From assembly GCA_050250895.1 (NCBI GenBank), contig JBFWNU010000002.1, positions 160,001 to 224,000 of the forward strand: DNA of 64,000 bases. The letters run 5' to 3'. Origin of the DNA: Vulcanimicrobiota bacterium. Lineage in GTDB: Bacteria; Vulcanimicrobiota; Xenobia; Xenobiales; JADMJV01. A model generated the notes under the pieces. That model saw nothing but the letters and a program-made list of their open reading frames with translations. It searched no databases and was not told the origin of the DNA. The position numbers were made by a program, and so were the translations under genes. Shown here in pieces: positions 19,850-28,873 of this stretch (the first letter of the stretch is position 1; each line of letters starts with the position of its first letter).

Positions 19850-20180
19850 TGGCGACTTCATCGGTTCGGGTGACTTCACCACCAACTCCACTCTGACTCC
19901 GCCGTTCTCGAATCCGTTTTCTGTAGTGGTTGGAAATCTCCACGGTGATATGATGCCGACCCTTGCTACCGCCTGCGGCTTCGGGCCAGGCGTGGTCGTG
20001 CACACCAACGATGGCAGTGGCGCCTTTACCCGGGCAAGCACCACCGCTACCGCATTGGTTCCCGCGGGAGCTCGCTCGGCGAGCTGGACGGAGATACGGA
20101 CCCGGACCTGGCCGTAACTGGCAATTTCTTCGATGAGATCGCGTTGTACTACAATCAGGGCGACGCGACCTCGAATTTTC
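19850..20180 (+). pseudogene. FG-GAP/VCBS repeat protein remnant
   Basis: SVVVGNLHGD..P-LA...NDGSGAF, then a frameshift to GELDGDTDPDLAV...YYNQGDAT. Confidence 0.6.
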
Positions 20181-20236
20181 AGCTCAATCGCGCCTGCCCC
20201 TAGAGGGGTTCTCGACTACCCCTAGAAGAGCGCAGG

Positions 20237-21214
20237 ATGGGGGATGGAGTGGGGTGGTGCCAGCAGCGCCTGCTGGCGCTGTGGGCCGATTTTCTAGCCA
20301 CCCGGGGGCGCAATTCGCAGGGCGGCGCGTGCGCGTCGTTCCTGCAGTTCTACGACGCCCTGGACGCCGCCATCGAAATCCGGCAACTCGATCCGGTCGA
20401 GACCATGGCCAACGGAGACGATCTCTTCGGCTATTGTCGACTGCAGGGTACGACCCGCCAGAGTGGGCGGGCCGTCGACTGGCGCTACGCGGTGCGGGTG
20501 CGCTGGCGTGACGGAAAGATCGTAGCGGGCCATCACTTCGCCGACTATTTGGCCCTCTTTCGCCAACTCGGAGTGGTCCCCGATGACCCCCGGGCCCCGG
20601 GTCGTTCGGGCGAGTTGATGTGGCCCGACCCGGTCCACGAGGCGCTGCACCGACACGAGGAAGAGCGAGCCAGTTTAGCCCGCGATATCCACGATGGAGT
20701 GGCTCAGGATGCAGCCGCTCTGTGGGCTTTTCTGTCACTGGAAGAGGCTCCGAACCACCGCCTGCGTGAGGCGGCTGACAGGATGCGTCTCGAGGCGCAA
20801 CGACTCAACGAGCACCTCAGCAACCCTCTGGAGCTGGGACAGAGCCTGGCCGAGGCGCTGACAGCGCTGGCTAGCCGGCACGCGCTCGAGAGCGACCTTT
20901 ATCTCGACCTGGACATCGCCTGTGACCTGGCAGGTAGCCTTCGAGCGGTTGTCTATCGTGTGGTTCAGGAGGCCGTGCAAAATGTGGCCCGCCATGCCGG
21001 TGTGAATACGGTCAGGGTGGTCTTGTACGAGCGCGCTGGCAGGCTGGTCGGGCAGGTGGTGGACCAGGGTAGGGGAGTGGGTTCGAGGCCGCCCGGTTTC
21101 GGAATCGCTGGCATGCTCGAACGGTGTCGTCTGGCCGGAGGGACCTGTGAGGTTCAGGCCACCCCCGGCGGGGGGACCACCGTTCACTTCGAGTTGCCGC
21201 TGGAGGTTCGATGA
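20237..21214 (+). CDS. Soluble histidine kinase with an N-terminally eroded SnoaL-like domain + HisKA_3 + HATPase
   Basis: WRDGKIV...ADYLALFRQLG; EERASLARDIHDGVAQ; YRVVQEAVQNVARHA, DQGRG, GIAGMLER. Confidence 0.85.
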   Translation: MGDGVGWCQQRLLALWADFLATRGRNSQGGACASFLQFYDALDAAIEIRQLDPVETMANGDDLFGYCRLQGTTRQSGRAVDWRYAVRVRWRDGKIVAGHHFADYLALFRQLGVVPDDPRAPGRSGELMWPDPVHEALHRHEEERASLARDIHDGVAQDAAALWAFLSLEEAPNHRLREAADRMRLEAQRLNEHLSNPLELGQSLAEALTALASRHALESDLYLDLDIACDLAGSLRAVVYRVVQEAVQNVARHAGVNTVRVVLYERAGRLVGQVVDQGRGVGSRPPGFGIAGMLERCRLAGGTCEVQATPGGGTTVHFELPLEVR

Positions 21215-22647
21215 AGAAGGACCCCATCCAGCTGCAAGCGGCTTTCTTCGAAGAAGTCTATGAGAAGCGCAACGTCGATGCGGTCTTTCGCTACTTCGAG
21301 GGCACCGCCGACGGCCTGGGTGTGGCCGAACCGCTGGATCCAGTGGCCTACCTAGACTTCTACAACGCCCTGACTTCGGTGGTCAAAGACATCCGCTTCG
21401 ACATCCTCGACTTTCAGCAGCAAGACGGGCGCCTGTTCGTCGACTTCGTCATGAAGGCTCGCTCCCGCCTCAAGGACGGAGCGGTGTTCTGGCGCTGCGC
21501 TGGCTGGGCCCACTATCGCGAGGGTAAGATGTCCCAGGCTCGAAATTTCCTGGACTTCGTGGACCTCTTCCGTCAGGTCGGGCTGGTGCCAGAGCAGGCC
21601 GTCGAGTTAGGATTGGCCGGGCACGAGATTCTGACAACCTCAGAGCTTGACCAGGCCACCCCGCCCGAGGTTCGGCGTCTTTTCTGGCCGAATTTTCGAG
21701 CCGGGGTGGCCCAGGGCTATCTTCCCTCGGAAGAAGAATTCGAGGTTCTGCTGCAATCGGCCACCGGGGGCGTGGTGGTGAGCGACGGCGACCAGACGAT
21801 CTTGGAGGTCAATCAAGCTTTAGCCAATCTGCTGGCCACCGATCCGACTCAACTGAGCGGACATCGCTTTTCGTCGCTGGTGGCGGGCAAAGGCAGAGAA
21901 GCCGAGGCCAGAGCCGCGGCGGCGGTGCTGTCCGGCCAACAGTCGAGCTACCGATTGCAACTGCAGCTTCAGGCCGGCCAGTCGCCCCGGGTGAAGGCCT
22001 GGGTGTCGGCGCTGCGAGGCCAACGTGACGGCCGCCCTGTCTTGCTGCGCTCGGTCCAGGCCAGCGATCTTCTCGACCACCTGGCCGCCCTTCAAGAAAC
22101 CGAGCGCCAGTTGTTGCTTACCGAGCTTCACAGCGACATAATCGAGCCGGTCCTCGACCTGTGGCGCAAGCTTCGGCCACAGGCCGCCGTCGACCCGAGG
22201 CTGCGCCAGCACTGCCTTGAACTGGTCGGTCGCCTGGCCGGCGAACTGCGGGCCAAAGTGGCCGCCCTGCGAAACCCCATCCTCGAGGGCGTTCCTCTCT
22301 CGCAGGCCTGGCCCGAGCAGCCTTTAGACCCGGCTCTTGACCAGGTCGCCCCAACCTGCGCCCTGATAGCCTATCGCCTGGTGGACGACTGCCTGACGCA
22401 CCTGGACGCCAGTCTCCCTTTCGAATTGGGACTCGAGGCAGGGCGGTTGCACGGTCGCCTGCGGCTGGGCCCGAACCCACCAGCCGAGCGCCTGCAAGCC
22501 ATGACTGATCGATGCGCCCTGGTCGGAGGCACTCTTTCCCTCGAAGAAACCGCGCTGAGCTTCGAGTTGCCCGTTACTTCCATCGCAAGTCGCAGACCAC
22601 GGCCCGGTGGTCCGTGCCCTCCACCGAGACTGTCCGCAGGTCGGTAG
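21211..22647 (+). CDS. SnoaL-like + PAS + degenerate histidine kinase (probable pseudokinase)
   Basis: FFEEVYE...REGKMSQARNFLDF; PAS ILEVNQAL; ERQLLLTELHSD; N and G boxes lost (LVDDCLTH, no DxGxG). Confidence 0.8.
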   Translation: MKKDPIQLQAAFFEEVYEKRNVDAVFRYFEGTADGLGVAEPLDPVAYLDFYNALTSVVKDIRFDILDFQQQDGRLFVDFVMKARSRLKDGAVFWRCAGWAHYREGKMSQARNFLDFVDLFRQVGLVPEQAVELGLAGHEILTTSELDQATPPEVRRLFWPNFRAGVAQGYLPSEEEFEVLLQSATGGVVVSDGDQTILEVNQALANLLATDPTQLSGHRFSSLVAGKGREAEARAAAAVLSGQQSSYRLQLQLQAGQSPRVKAWVSALRGQRDGRPVLLRSVQASDLLDHLAALQETERQLLLTELHSDIIEPVLDLWRKLRPQAAVDPRLRQHCLELVGRLAGELRAKVAALRNPILEGVPLSQAWPEQPLDPALDQVAPTCALIAYRLVDDCLTHLDASLPFELGLEAGRLHGRLRLGPNPPAERLQAMTDRCALVGGTLSLEETALSFELPVTSIASRRPRPGGPCPPPRLSAGR

Positions 22648-23479
22648 CCTCGAGCCGCTGCCCCAGCCAGACCTGATCGAAGCGATAGAGCGGCAAATCG
22701 TCGCTCACCGTGTTGGGCCAACCGTGTCCGGCCTGGCCATAGGCATCCCGAAGGGGAGCCATCAGCTTGAACACGCGATCGTGGGCGGGCGAGTTGAAGT
22801 CGCCCGCTACCAGGTCCGCCTCGAAACCGCTCATCAGGCCGCTCACCACCTCGGTCCGTTCCCGGCGGGCCGCGCGATGGTCGGCCCAATAGCTCGGCCT
22901 CCAGGGATCAAAGCGAACAATGGGCGGGCGCAGTCGCAGGCTGGCAAGCTCCAGGGGGCCAGCAGGCAAGAGCAGGCGGGCCCGGTGGACATGCACCTGC
23001 TGGGTCGAGGGCAAGTCCACCGTCTCGAGGGCAAAGCGTGAGGCGATGGAGGCCTCCGGGCCCCAGCTCACATGGGCTGGCTGCCACAGTCTTTCCAGCG
23101 CTTGGGCCAACTCTTCGCGCCGGGGCGACTCTTGCAGCAAGACGACATCGGGCTTGAGTTCGGCCAGTCGCTCGATCACCGCGGCCCGACTGCTGCAGTT
23201 GAGCGACACCACCCGCAGTTCACCGTCCTCTCCGCCTCGGCCGAACAGGGCTCGGCCTTCTTCGGGAATCACCAGCCCAAAGAGCAGCCAGCCCGCCAGC
23301 AAGGCCAGGCCCAGACGCCGCTCCAGCCACAGCGCCAAGCCCGTCCACAGCAGGCCGGGGATCAACCACACCCAGGGTGGCACGAACGTAAAGCCAGCGG
23401 CCCAGTCGGGAACGGACAGGTAGAGCCCGAAGCACGTCACCAGGCCCGCGAACCCCAGTCCGGCGACCCAACGCGCCAT
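22574..23479 (-). CDS. Membrane-anchored endonuclease/exonuclease/phosphatase family protein
   Basis: Three TM segments, VVSLN, PDVVLLQE, AGDFN, RFDQV, TDHRAV. Confidence 0.85.
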   Translation of the reverse strand: MARWVAGLGFAGLVTCFGLYLSVPDWAAGFTFVPPWVWLIPGLLWTGLALWLERRLGLALLAGWLLFGLVIPEEGRALFGRGGEDGELRVVSLNCSSRAAVIERLAELKPDVVLLQESPRREELAQALERLWQPAHVSWGPEASIASRFALETVDLPSTQQVHVHRARLLLPAGPLELASLRLRPPIVRFDPWRPSYWADHRAARRERTEVVSGLMSGFEADLVAGDFNSPAHDRVFKLMAPLRDAYGQAGHGWPNTVSDDLPLYRFDQVWLGQRLEATDLRTVSVEGTDHRAVVCDLRWK

Positions 23480-24187
23480 CTAACGCAACTTGCTTCCCAC
23501 CAGCACCAACAGGCAGACCATCGAGATGACCGCCAGGATCATCTGCCAGGGAGCCTCCGACGCCGGTGGTTCGAGCGGCAGTCGGTCCTGGTCGAAGCCT
23601 CCCTGACGGGAGTCGTAGCGAGGATGAAGGGGAGCCTCGCCCTCGGCCATGTGGGCCGACGACCCACACTCGATCAAGACGCTGCCGTCGTCGCGGGGGA
23701 CGATCAGATAGGGGATGCCGCAGCACTTCGCCGAGGCAGTCTGCTCAATGGGCGGCCGCTTTTCGTTCGGCTGCATGACCTCGACCGAAAGCTCTTTCAT
23801 CGTGCTCTGGCACTGCTCGAGGTTCTCGGTCGCCTCGGGCTGCTCTACCAACCCGGCCATGGCATTGTAGGCCGGATAATTGCGAGGATGGCCCGGGTGC
23901 GTTCCGCTCAGGCAACAAAATCCGTAGCGATGGGGGTCGGTGGCCACTCGATAGGAGAGGCTATAGCTGTCGAGTCCGCTGGAAGGACAGGTGGGGATGG
24001 AGCGCAGGTAGTTGGGAGTCAGCGTCGCCAGAGAGTTGGGATAGGCCCCGTGAAAGTCGGTCGAATACATTTCCAGCGCGGTCGCAATGTTCTTGAGATT
24101 CGATTTGCAGGCCGTGGTGTCGCCTTCGGGGGTGGCCTGGGCCAGGCAGGTCAAAGCGAGCAGAAGCAAAGCGCACAGACGGAGCAT
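23480..24187 (-). CDS. Exported, C-terminally anchored protein with a pseudopilin/GspG-like globular domain
   Basis: Sec-type signal; ACKSNLKNIATALEMYSTD..G-YP-SL--L-P-YL--IP-CP; C-terminal TM helix. Confidence 0.6.
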   Translation of the reverse strand: MLRLCALLLLALTCLAQATPEGDTTACKSNLKNIATALEMYSTDFHGAYPNSLATLTPNYLRSIPTCPSSGLDSYSLSYRVATDPHRYGFCCLSGTHPGHPRNYPAYNAMAGLVEQPEATENLEQCQSTMKELSVEVMQPNEKRPPIEQTASAKCCGIPYLIVPRDDGSVLIECGSSAHMAEGEAPLHPRYDSRQGGFDQDRLPLEPPASEAPWQMILAVISMVCLLVLVGSKLR

Positions 24188-24212
24188 CGTTCGATTCTAG
24201 CTCATTTTCGGC

Positions 24213-25028
24213 CTAACGACCAGCGGCCTGCTGGCGAGCCCGAATCGCCGCGAGATAGGCTTTCAACTCTTCGGGGCCGGCTGTGCGCAAGGGCCCGTGC
24301 GGGCCGGCGGGCTGGGCCCGGCGTAGAATGTCCAATGCCTGTGGGTCGGGAATCGCCCCGAGGGGACGAATGTTGGCTGCGTCCTGCCCGTGGCAGCTCA
24401 GGCAGTCACCGGCATAAACGTCGGGCTTGCCGTCTATGGGCTCACCCCCGGCCACATAATAGGCCTTGACCGCTTCGGCCACACTGGCCGACACCAACTC
24501 GCCCCGCCCCATCAGTTCGGTCAATTCCTGAGCGTCGGCCGCGGTTGTCAGTTTCAGTCGGTCGTGAAGGTGATCCAGGGGAACTCCGGTCAAGGCCGAC
24601 AGATCGAGCAGCGTCAAGCCGGGCTGTTGCCCCGAGCGCTGCACAGCCTGGGTGGGCCACACCAGGGGCGCCAACGCCATCACCATCAGCACGAGCAGCC
24701 CGACGACCCCCAGGAGCGGACGCAGGCCATCGCTTTCGCGACGACGTCCACGGACCACGGCCACGATCCACTTGCGATGCAAGACCAGGTGGACCACCAG
24801 CACCACCGCCAGCCCAATCGCCACCCAGTAATGCAGATTGCCCCACTGATGTCGATCAAGCCCCCAGAGCAACCAGATGCTGCGCTCGGGGTGGGCCGAA
24901 GGGTCCACCCCGAGCCGGCCGCTGCCTGGAGGCAAAGACCAGCGCAGAACCAGACCCGTGGCGCTCAAGCCCACGAAGAGAAACAGGGCCAGCAGGTCGA
25001 CGAGGGGGTTGGCGTTTTCCTTCTTCAT
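24213..25028 (-). CDS. DUF4405-like (cytochrome b-like) membrane protein with a C-terminal CxxCH motif
   Basis: TGL, W--LH-W, HL-LH--W TM histidines; CLSCHG. Confidence 0.7.
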   Translation of the reverse strand: MKKENANPLVDLLALFLFVGLSATGLVLRWSLPPGSGRLGVDPSAHPERSIWLLWGLDRHQWGNLHYWVAIGLAVVLVVHLVLHRKWIVAVVRGRRRESDGLRPLLGVVGLLVLMVMALAPLVWPTQAVQRSGQQPGLTLLDLSALTGVPLDHLHDRLKLTTAADAQELTELMGRGELVSASVAEAVKAYYVAGGEPIDGKPDVYAGDCLSCHGQDAANIRPLGAIPDPQALDILRRAQPAGPHGPLRTAGPEELKAYLAAIRARQQAAGR

Positions 25029-25104
25029 GCGCCCAGGCTAGGACTGGCCCCTGAACAAAGGCTGAAACAGGAAGGCTCTAGCGGCCGGTGAAGTGGAGCT
25101 GACC

Positions 25105-26106
25105 ATGAATGCCTGGGGTATCCACTCATACGGAGGACCCGAGAAGCTCGAGTTGCTCGAGGTTCCCGAGCCGGCTTGTCGCCCGAACGAGCTGCTCATC
25201 GCCATCCAGGCCGCCAGCCTCAATCCCCTCGATTGGAAGCTGCGCGAAGGCATGCTGCGGCGCATCCGACCCACCCGCTTCCCCCTATTGCTGGGCAATG
25301 ACCTCTCGGGAACGGTCGAGCGGGTCGGCGACCAGGTCGAGGGCTTCGCGGTGGGCGACGAGGTCTTCGCTCGGGTGCCCAAGTCGAGCATCGGGACCCT
25401 GGCCGAGAAGATCGCCGTGCACTCTGCCGCGGTGGCCCATAAGCCAGGCAACCTCAGTCATCAACAGGCCGCCAGCATTCCCCTGGCCGGACTCACCGCC
25501 TGGCAAGCCCTGCACGATGTGGGCGAACTCCAGGCCGGTCAGAAGGTCCTCATCCAGGCCGGAGCCGGTGGGGTCGGTAGCCTGGCCATTCAGCTGGCCC
25601 ACCTGGCCGGGGCCGAGGTGGCCACCACCGCCAGCGCCGCCAAGCACGAGCTGGTGCGCTCGCTGGGAGCCGACCACGCCATCGACTATCGCAAAGAGGC
25701 TTTCGAGAAGCTGCTCCATGGCTATGACCTGGTGCTCGACACCCTCGGCGGCGAGACTTTGATTCGCTCCTTCGACATCCTCAAGCCCGGAGGCAAGGTC
25801 GTCTCCATCGCCGGGCCGCTGGATCCCTATACCGCCGAACAACTCCAGCTCAACGGGCTGCTGCGCCGGGCCATTCGCATCATGAGCTGGTCGGTGCGCC
25901 GGCGGGCCCGCCAAAAGGATTGCCACTACCGCTATCTGTTCATGCGGCCCGACGGCAAACAGCTGGCTCATCTGGGCGAGTTGTTGCGGGCGGGTCAGCT
26001 GCGACCGCTGGTGGATAAGGTCTATCCCTTCGCCCAGGTCAAGGAGGCCTTCGCCTACGCCGAGACCGGCCACGCTTCGGGCAAAGTGATCATCGAGATA
26101 GGTTAG
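25105..26106 (+). CDS. NADP-dependent oxidoreductase (MDR/quinone oxidoreductase family)
   Basis: AASLNPLDWK, LGNDLSG, PLAGLTAWQAL, AGAGGVG, GKVII. Confidence 0.92.
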   Translation: MNAWGIHSYGGPEKLELLEVPEPACRPNELLIAIQAASLNPLDWKLREGMLRRIRPTRFPLLLGNDLSGTVERVGDQVEGFAVGDEVFARVPKSSIGTLAEKIAVHSAAVAHKPGNLSHQQAASIPLAGLTAWQALHDVGELQAGQKVLIQAGAGGVGSLAIQLAHLAGAEVATTASAAKHELVRSLGADHAIDYRKEAFEKLLHGYDLVLDTLGGETLIRSFDILKPGGKVVSIAGPLDPYTAEQLQLNGLLRRAIRIMSWSVRRRARQKDCHYRYLFMRPDGKQLAHLGELLRAGQLRPLVDKVYPFAQVKEAFAYAETGHASGKVIIEIG

Positions 26107-26797
26107 CCGCCCGCTCGGGTCCGCTGGGATGGGTGGGATCCGCCTCGTCCCAACTGGCTACCATGGCGATGGCTCTGGCCGGGTCGAATCCCGCTTTCTT
26201 CATCAGGGCCAGCCCCACCCGGTCGGCCTCGAATTCCATCTCGCGCTGCACGGCCAGCTGCTGCTCTCTGGCGGCGAGGGCTCCCGGCAGCTCGCCCATC
26301 AGCCCGGCCATCATTTTCATCCCACGCAACTTCAAGGGGTCGCGAGCCAGGGTGTGAGCGATTTCGTGAGCCAGCACGAAGGCCAGCTCAGCGTCGCCAA
26401 GTTCCAGGGTCCCTTCACTCACGTAGAGGTGCCCGCCGAAGTTCGATTGGGCGTTGAGTTCTTCGCCTCTGATCAGGTGCACCTTCAGGTCGAGCGGCTC
26501 GTCGACCACCGCCAACAGCCGCGCCACGATGGCCCCGGCGCGGCTCTCGGGGGGCAACTCACCCAGGACCGCCTCTCGGCTCTGGAAAAATCGCAGCGTA
26601 TTCTCGCCCATGGCCGCGTCTTGCGAAGCCAGCAATTCGCGGCCGGTTTCACCGGCTTGTTCCCATACGTCTTCACCGGCAGCCCGCTGCAAGGCCTCGG
26701 CGCACTCTTGACGCGAGGCGTCGGCCGGCTTGCGACCGGGTGCCTTCAACCGTTCCAGCATCGAGTTGGTGAAGCCCACATAATCCATCAGGGTCAA
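26090..26797 (-). CDS. M48 family metallopeptidase
   Basis: LNA, ELAFVLAHEIAH, EFEADRVG, THPSGPER. Confidence 0.85.
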   Translation of the reverse strand: MTLMDYVGFTNSMLERLKAPGRKPADASRQECAEALQRAAGEDVWEQAGETGRELLASQDAAMGENTLRFFQSREAVLGELPPESRAGAIVARLLAVVDEPLDLKVHLIRGEELNAQSNFGGHLYVSEGTLELGDAELAFVLAHEIAHTLARDPLKLRGMKMMAGLMGELPGALAAREQQLAVQREMEFEADRVGLALMKKAGFDPARAIAMVASWDEADPTHPSGPERAANLSR

Positions 26798-26912
26798 CCT
26801 AACCGGTCACCGTTAAAGGACCCTCAAATGGGTCGAACCGTGCTCGATTGGTTGCCCAGGCCCGGGTCGAGCCGATGGTCCTGGTCATTCGTCGATTCCG
26901 CGCTCAAGCCCT

Positions 26913-27833
26913 ATGACATCGAGCTTTGGCCTATCTAGCACAGGGATCGGCCTCGTCTTCGCCAAAAGATCCCCGAGCATGAAGTCCGCGGTCGTAGGCC
27001 TGCTCAAGTCTGTCCGTGACCAGATGCTCGCTCTCTCGGGCTCGGACGGGGCCATCGTCTCGCTGCGAGAGAGTCGCGTCGGTCCGATGATTGTGCGCAC
27101 GGCCAAAGGGGTCAACCAGGACGAGATCGAGTCCATCAGCGGCAGCGCGCTGCTGCTCGAAGCCGAGCAGTCGAGCAAGGGCGTGCTGGTGCTCGATTCG
27201 CAAAAGGACCGCTTTCGTGACCAACAAAACGCCTTCCGCTCGGCCGTCTGCGTGCCGGTGGTGGAAGACGGGGTCACCGTCGGGGTGCTGCTCGCTTTCA
27301 ATCGCACCAGGGCCGGAGCTTTCTCCTATGCCGAACTCTCCAAGGTCGAGCGGCTGGCCGGCGATCTCTCTAAAGAGCTGACCAGGGCCAACTGGGTCGA
27401 ACGCTCCACGACCATCCGCAAGCCCAGCCGCGTCTCCGGTCTGGCTCGCGCCGCCTGGGCACCCTTCCTTTTTGCGGCCCTCGTGCTGATCTACGCCCTG
27501 ATGGATCGCCCCCTGCCCGAGGCCGAGCCCCAGGCCTCCCATCCGGTCCAGGTCAGCGGACGTCTGCTCGACGCCGGCGGCCAGGAGATGTCGGCCAAAG
27601 CCATCGAGTCGGGGCGCTTCGTGCTGAGCATCGCAGGCCAGCGCTACGAAGTCGGGCCGGGCGAACTCACCACCACCGGCGGCGGCGAGTTTCGCATTAA
27701 CCGTCGCTTCCCCGCTTCTCCGTCCACCATCGAGCTTTCCGTCTATCTATCGGGGTACCAGACCGAGACCCGCACGGCCAAAGTCAGTAACGGCCAGGCT
27801 CGGCTCGAGGACCTCTCGCTCAAGCTGCGTTAG
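26913..27833 (+). CDS. GAF-domain membrane protein (start uncertain, possibly 26979)
   Basis: RSAVCVPV..DG..VGVL.AFN...GAFS (GAF), one TM helix, beta-rich C-terminal domain. Confidence 0.65.
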   Translation: MTSSFGLSSTGIGLVFAKRSPSMKSAVVGLLKSVRDQMLALSGSDGAIVSLRESRVGPMIVRTAKGVNQDEIESISGSALLLEAEQSSKGVLVLDSQKDRFRDQQNAFRSAVCVPVVEDGVTVGVLLAFNRTRAGAFSYAELSKVERLAGDLSKELTRANWVERSTTIRKPSRVSGLARAAWAPFLFAALVLIYALMDRPLPEAEPQASHPVQVSGRLLDAGGQEMSAKAIESGRFVLSIAGQRYEVGPGELTTTGGGEFRINRRFPASPSTIELSVYLSGYQTETRTAKVSNGQARLEDLSLKLR

Positions 27834-28873
27834 AGCGTCGCCAGCACGGTCGAGAGCGGCAACAGCAGGGCCACCACCACGAAGCCCACGGTGACGGCTA
27901 CGCCGGCCAGCAGCAAGGGTTCGAGCATGGCGGTCATGGTCTCGATGCGATCGGCGGCGACCTGGGCTAGCCCGTCAGCCGCTCGTCGCAGGGCCACCGA
28001 CAGGTGGCCTGCCTCTTCGCCCAGACCGACCAATTGGCGCATCGAGGCCGGGTAATCGAGGGGTTCGTTGTCCCAGATGGCCACCAGGGGCACGCCGTCT
28101 CGCAAGAAAGACACGATGCGCTCGCTGTCGTCGCGCAACAGCGGGCTGCCGCTGGCGGCCCCGGCCAGCCGCACCGAGGTCAGCATCTCGTTGCCGGTTT
28201 CGAGCAGCAGAGCCAGCGTCGAGGCGTAGCGGGCGGCGCAGCTATAGATGAGGACGGGGCCGATGCCCGGCAACAGTCGCGCCCGCGAGAAGAGTTCGGC
28301 CTGACCCAGGGGGGTGCGTAGGTAGCGCACCAGTGGCCACAGCGAAAGCGGTCCCATCACCCAGAAGATCGGTTGCGAGAAGCAGTGGCTCAACTGGCGA
28401 ACCACCAGCGTCGGCCAGGGTAGGGGAGCGCCGAGTTGCTCGACCGTCTCGAGTAAGCCCGGAATCACGGTCAGGAACATCAGCGTGACGAGCACCAGGG
28501 TCAAACTCAGCACGAACAGCGGATAGATCATCGCCTTGCGCACGCGGCGCACCGCCCGGGCGTCTTCTTCCAGCCATTCGGCCAGGCGGCCCAGGAGAGC
28601 CGCGAAGCGTCCGGTGGTTTCGGCGGCCGCCACCATGGCCACATAAGAGCGGGGAAAAACCTGGGGCAAGTCGCTCATGGCCCTGGATAAGCGCTGGCCC
28701 CGCTCGACCTGGGTGAGGATGTATTCCAGGGCGCGCCGCAGGCCCGAGTCTTCCTGGTGGTGGGCCATCACCGACAGTCCTCGGAAGATGGGCACACCGG
28801 CTTCGACCAGAGTGGCGAGTTGGCGAGTGGCCAGGCCCACTCGTTCGCGGGAACACGAGATGTCGGCGCTCAT
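27830..28873 (-). CDS. pilC: Type II secretion F / PilC family platform protein
   Basis: TRQLATLVEAGVPI, AAETTG, AMIYP, GEEAG-L, MLEP. Confidence 0.88.
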   Translation of the reverse strand: MSADISCSRERVGLATRQLATLVEAGVPIFRGLSVMAHHQEDSGLRRALEYILTQVERGQRLSRAMSDLPQVFPRSYVAMVAAAETTGRFAALLGRLAEWLEEDARAVRRVRKAMIYPLFVLSLTLVLVTLMFLTVIPGLLETVEQLGAPLPWPTLVVRQLSHCFSQPIFWVMGPLSLWPLVRYLRTPLGQAELFSRARLLPGIGPVLIYSCAARYASTLALLLETGNEMLTSVRLAGAASGSPLLRDDSERIVSFLRDGVPLVAIWDNEPLDYPASMRQLVGLGEEAGHLSVALRRAADGLAQVAADRIETMTAMLEPLLLAGVAVTVGFVVVALLLPLSTVLATL

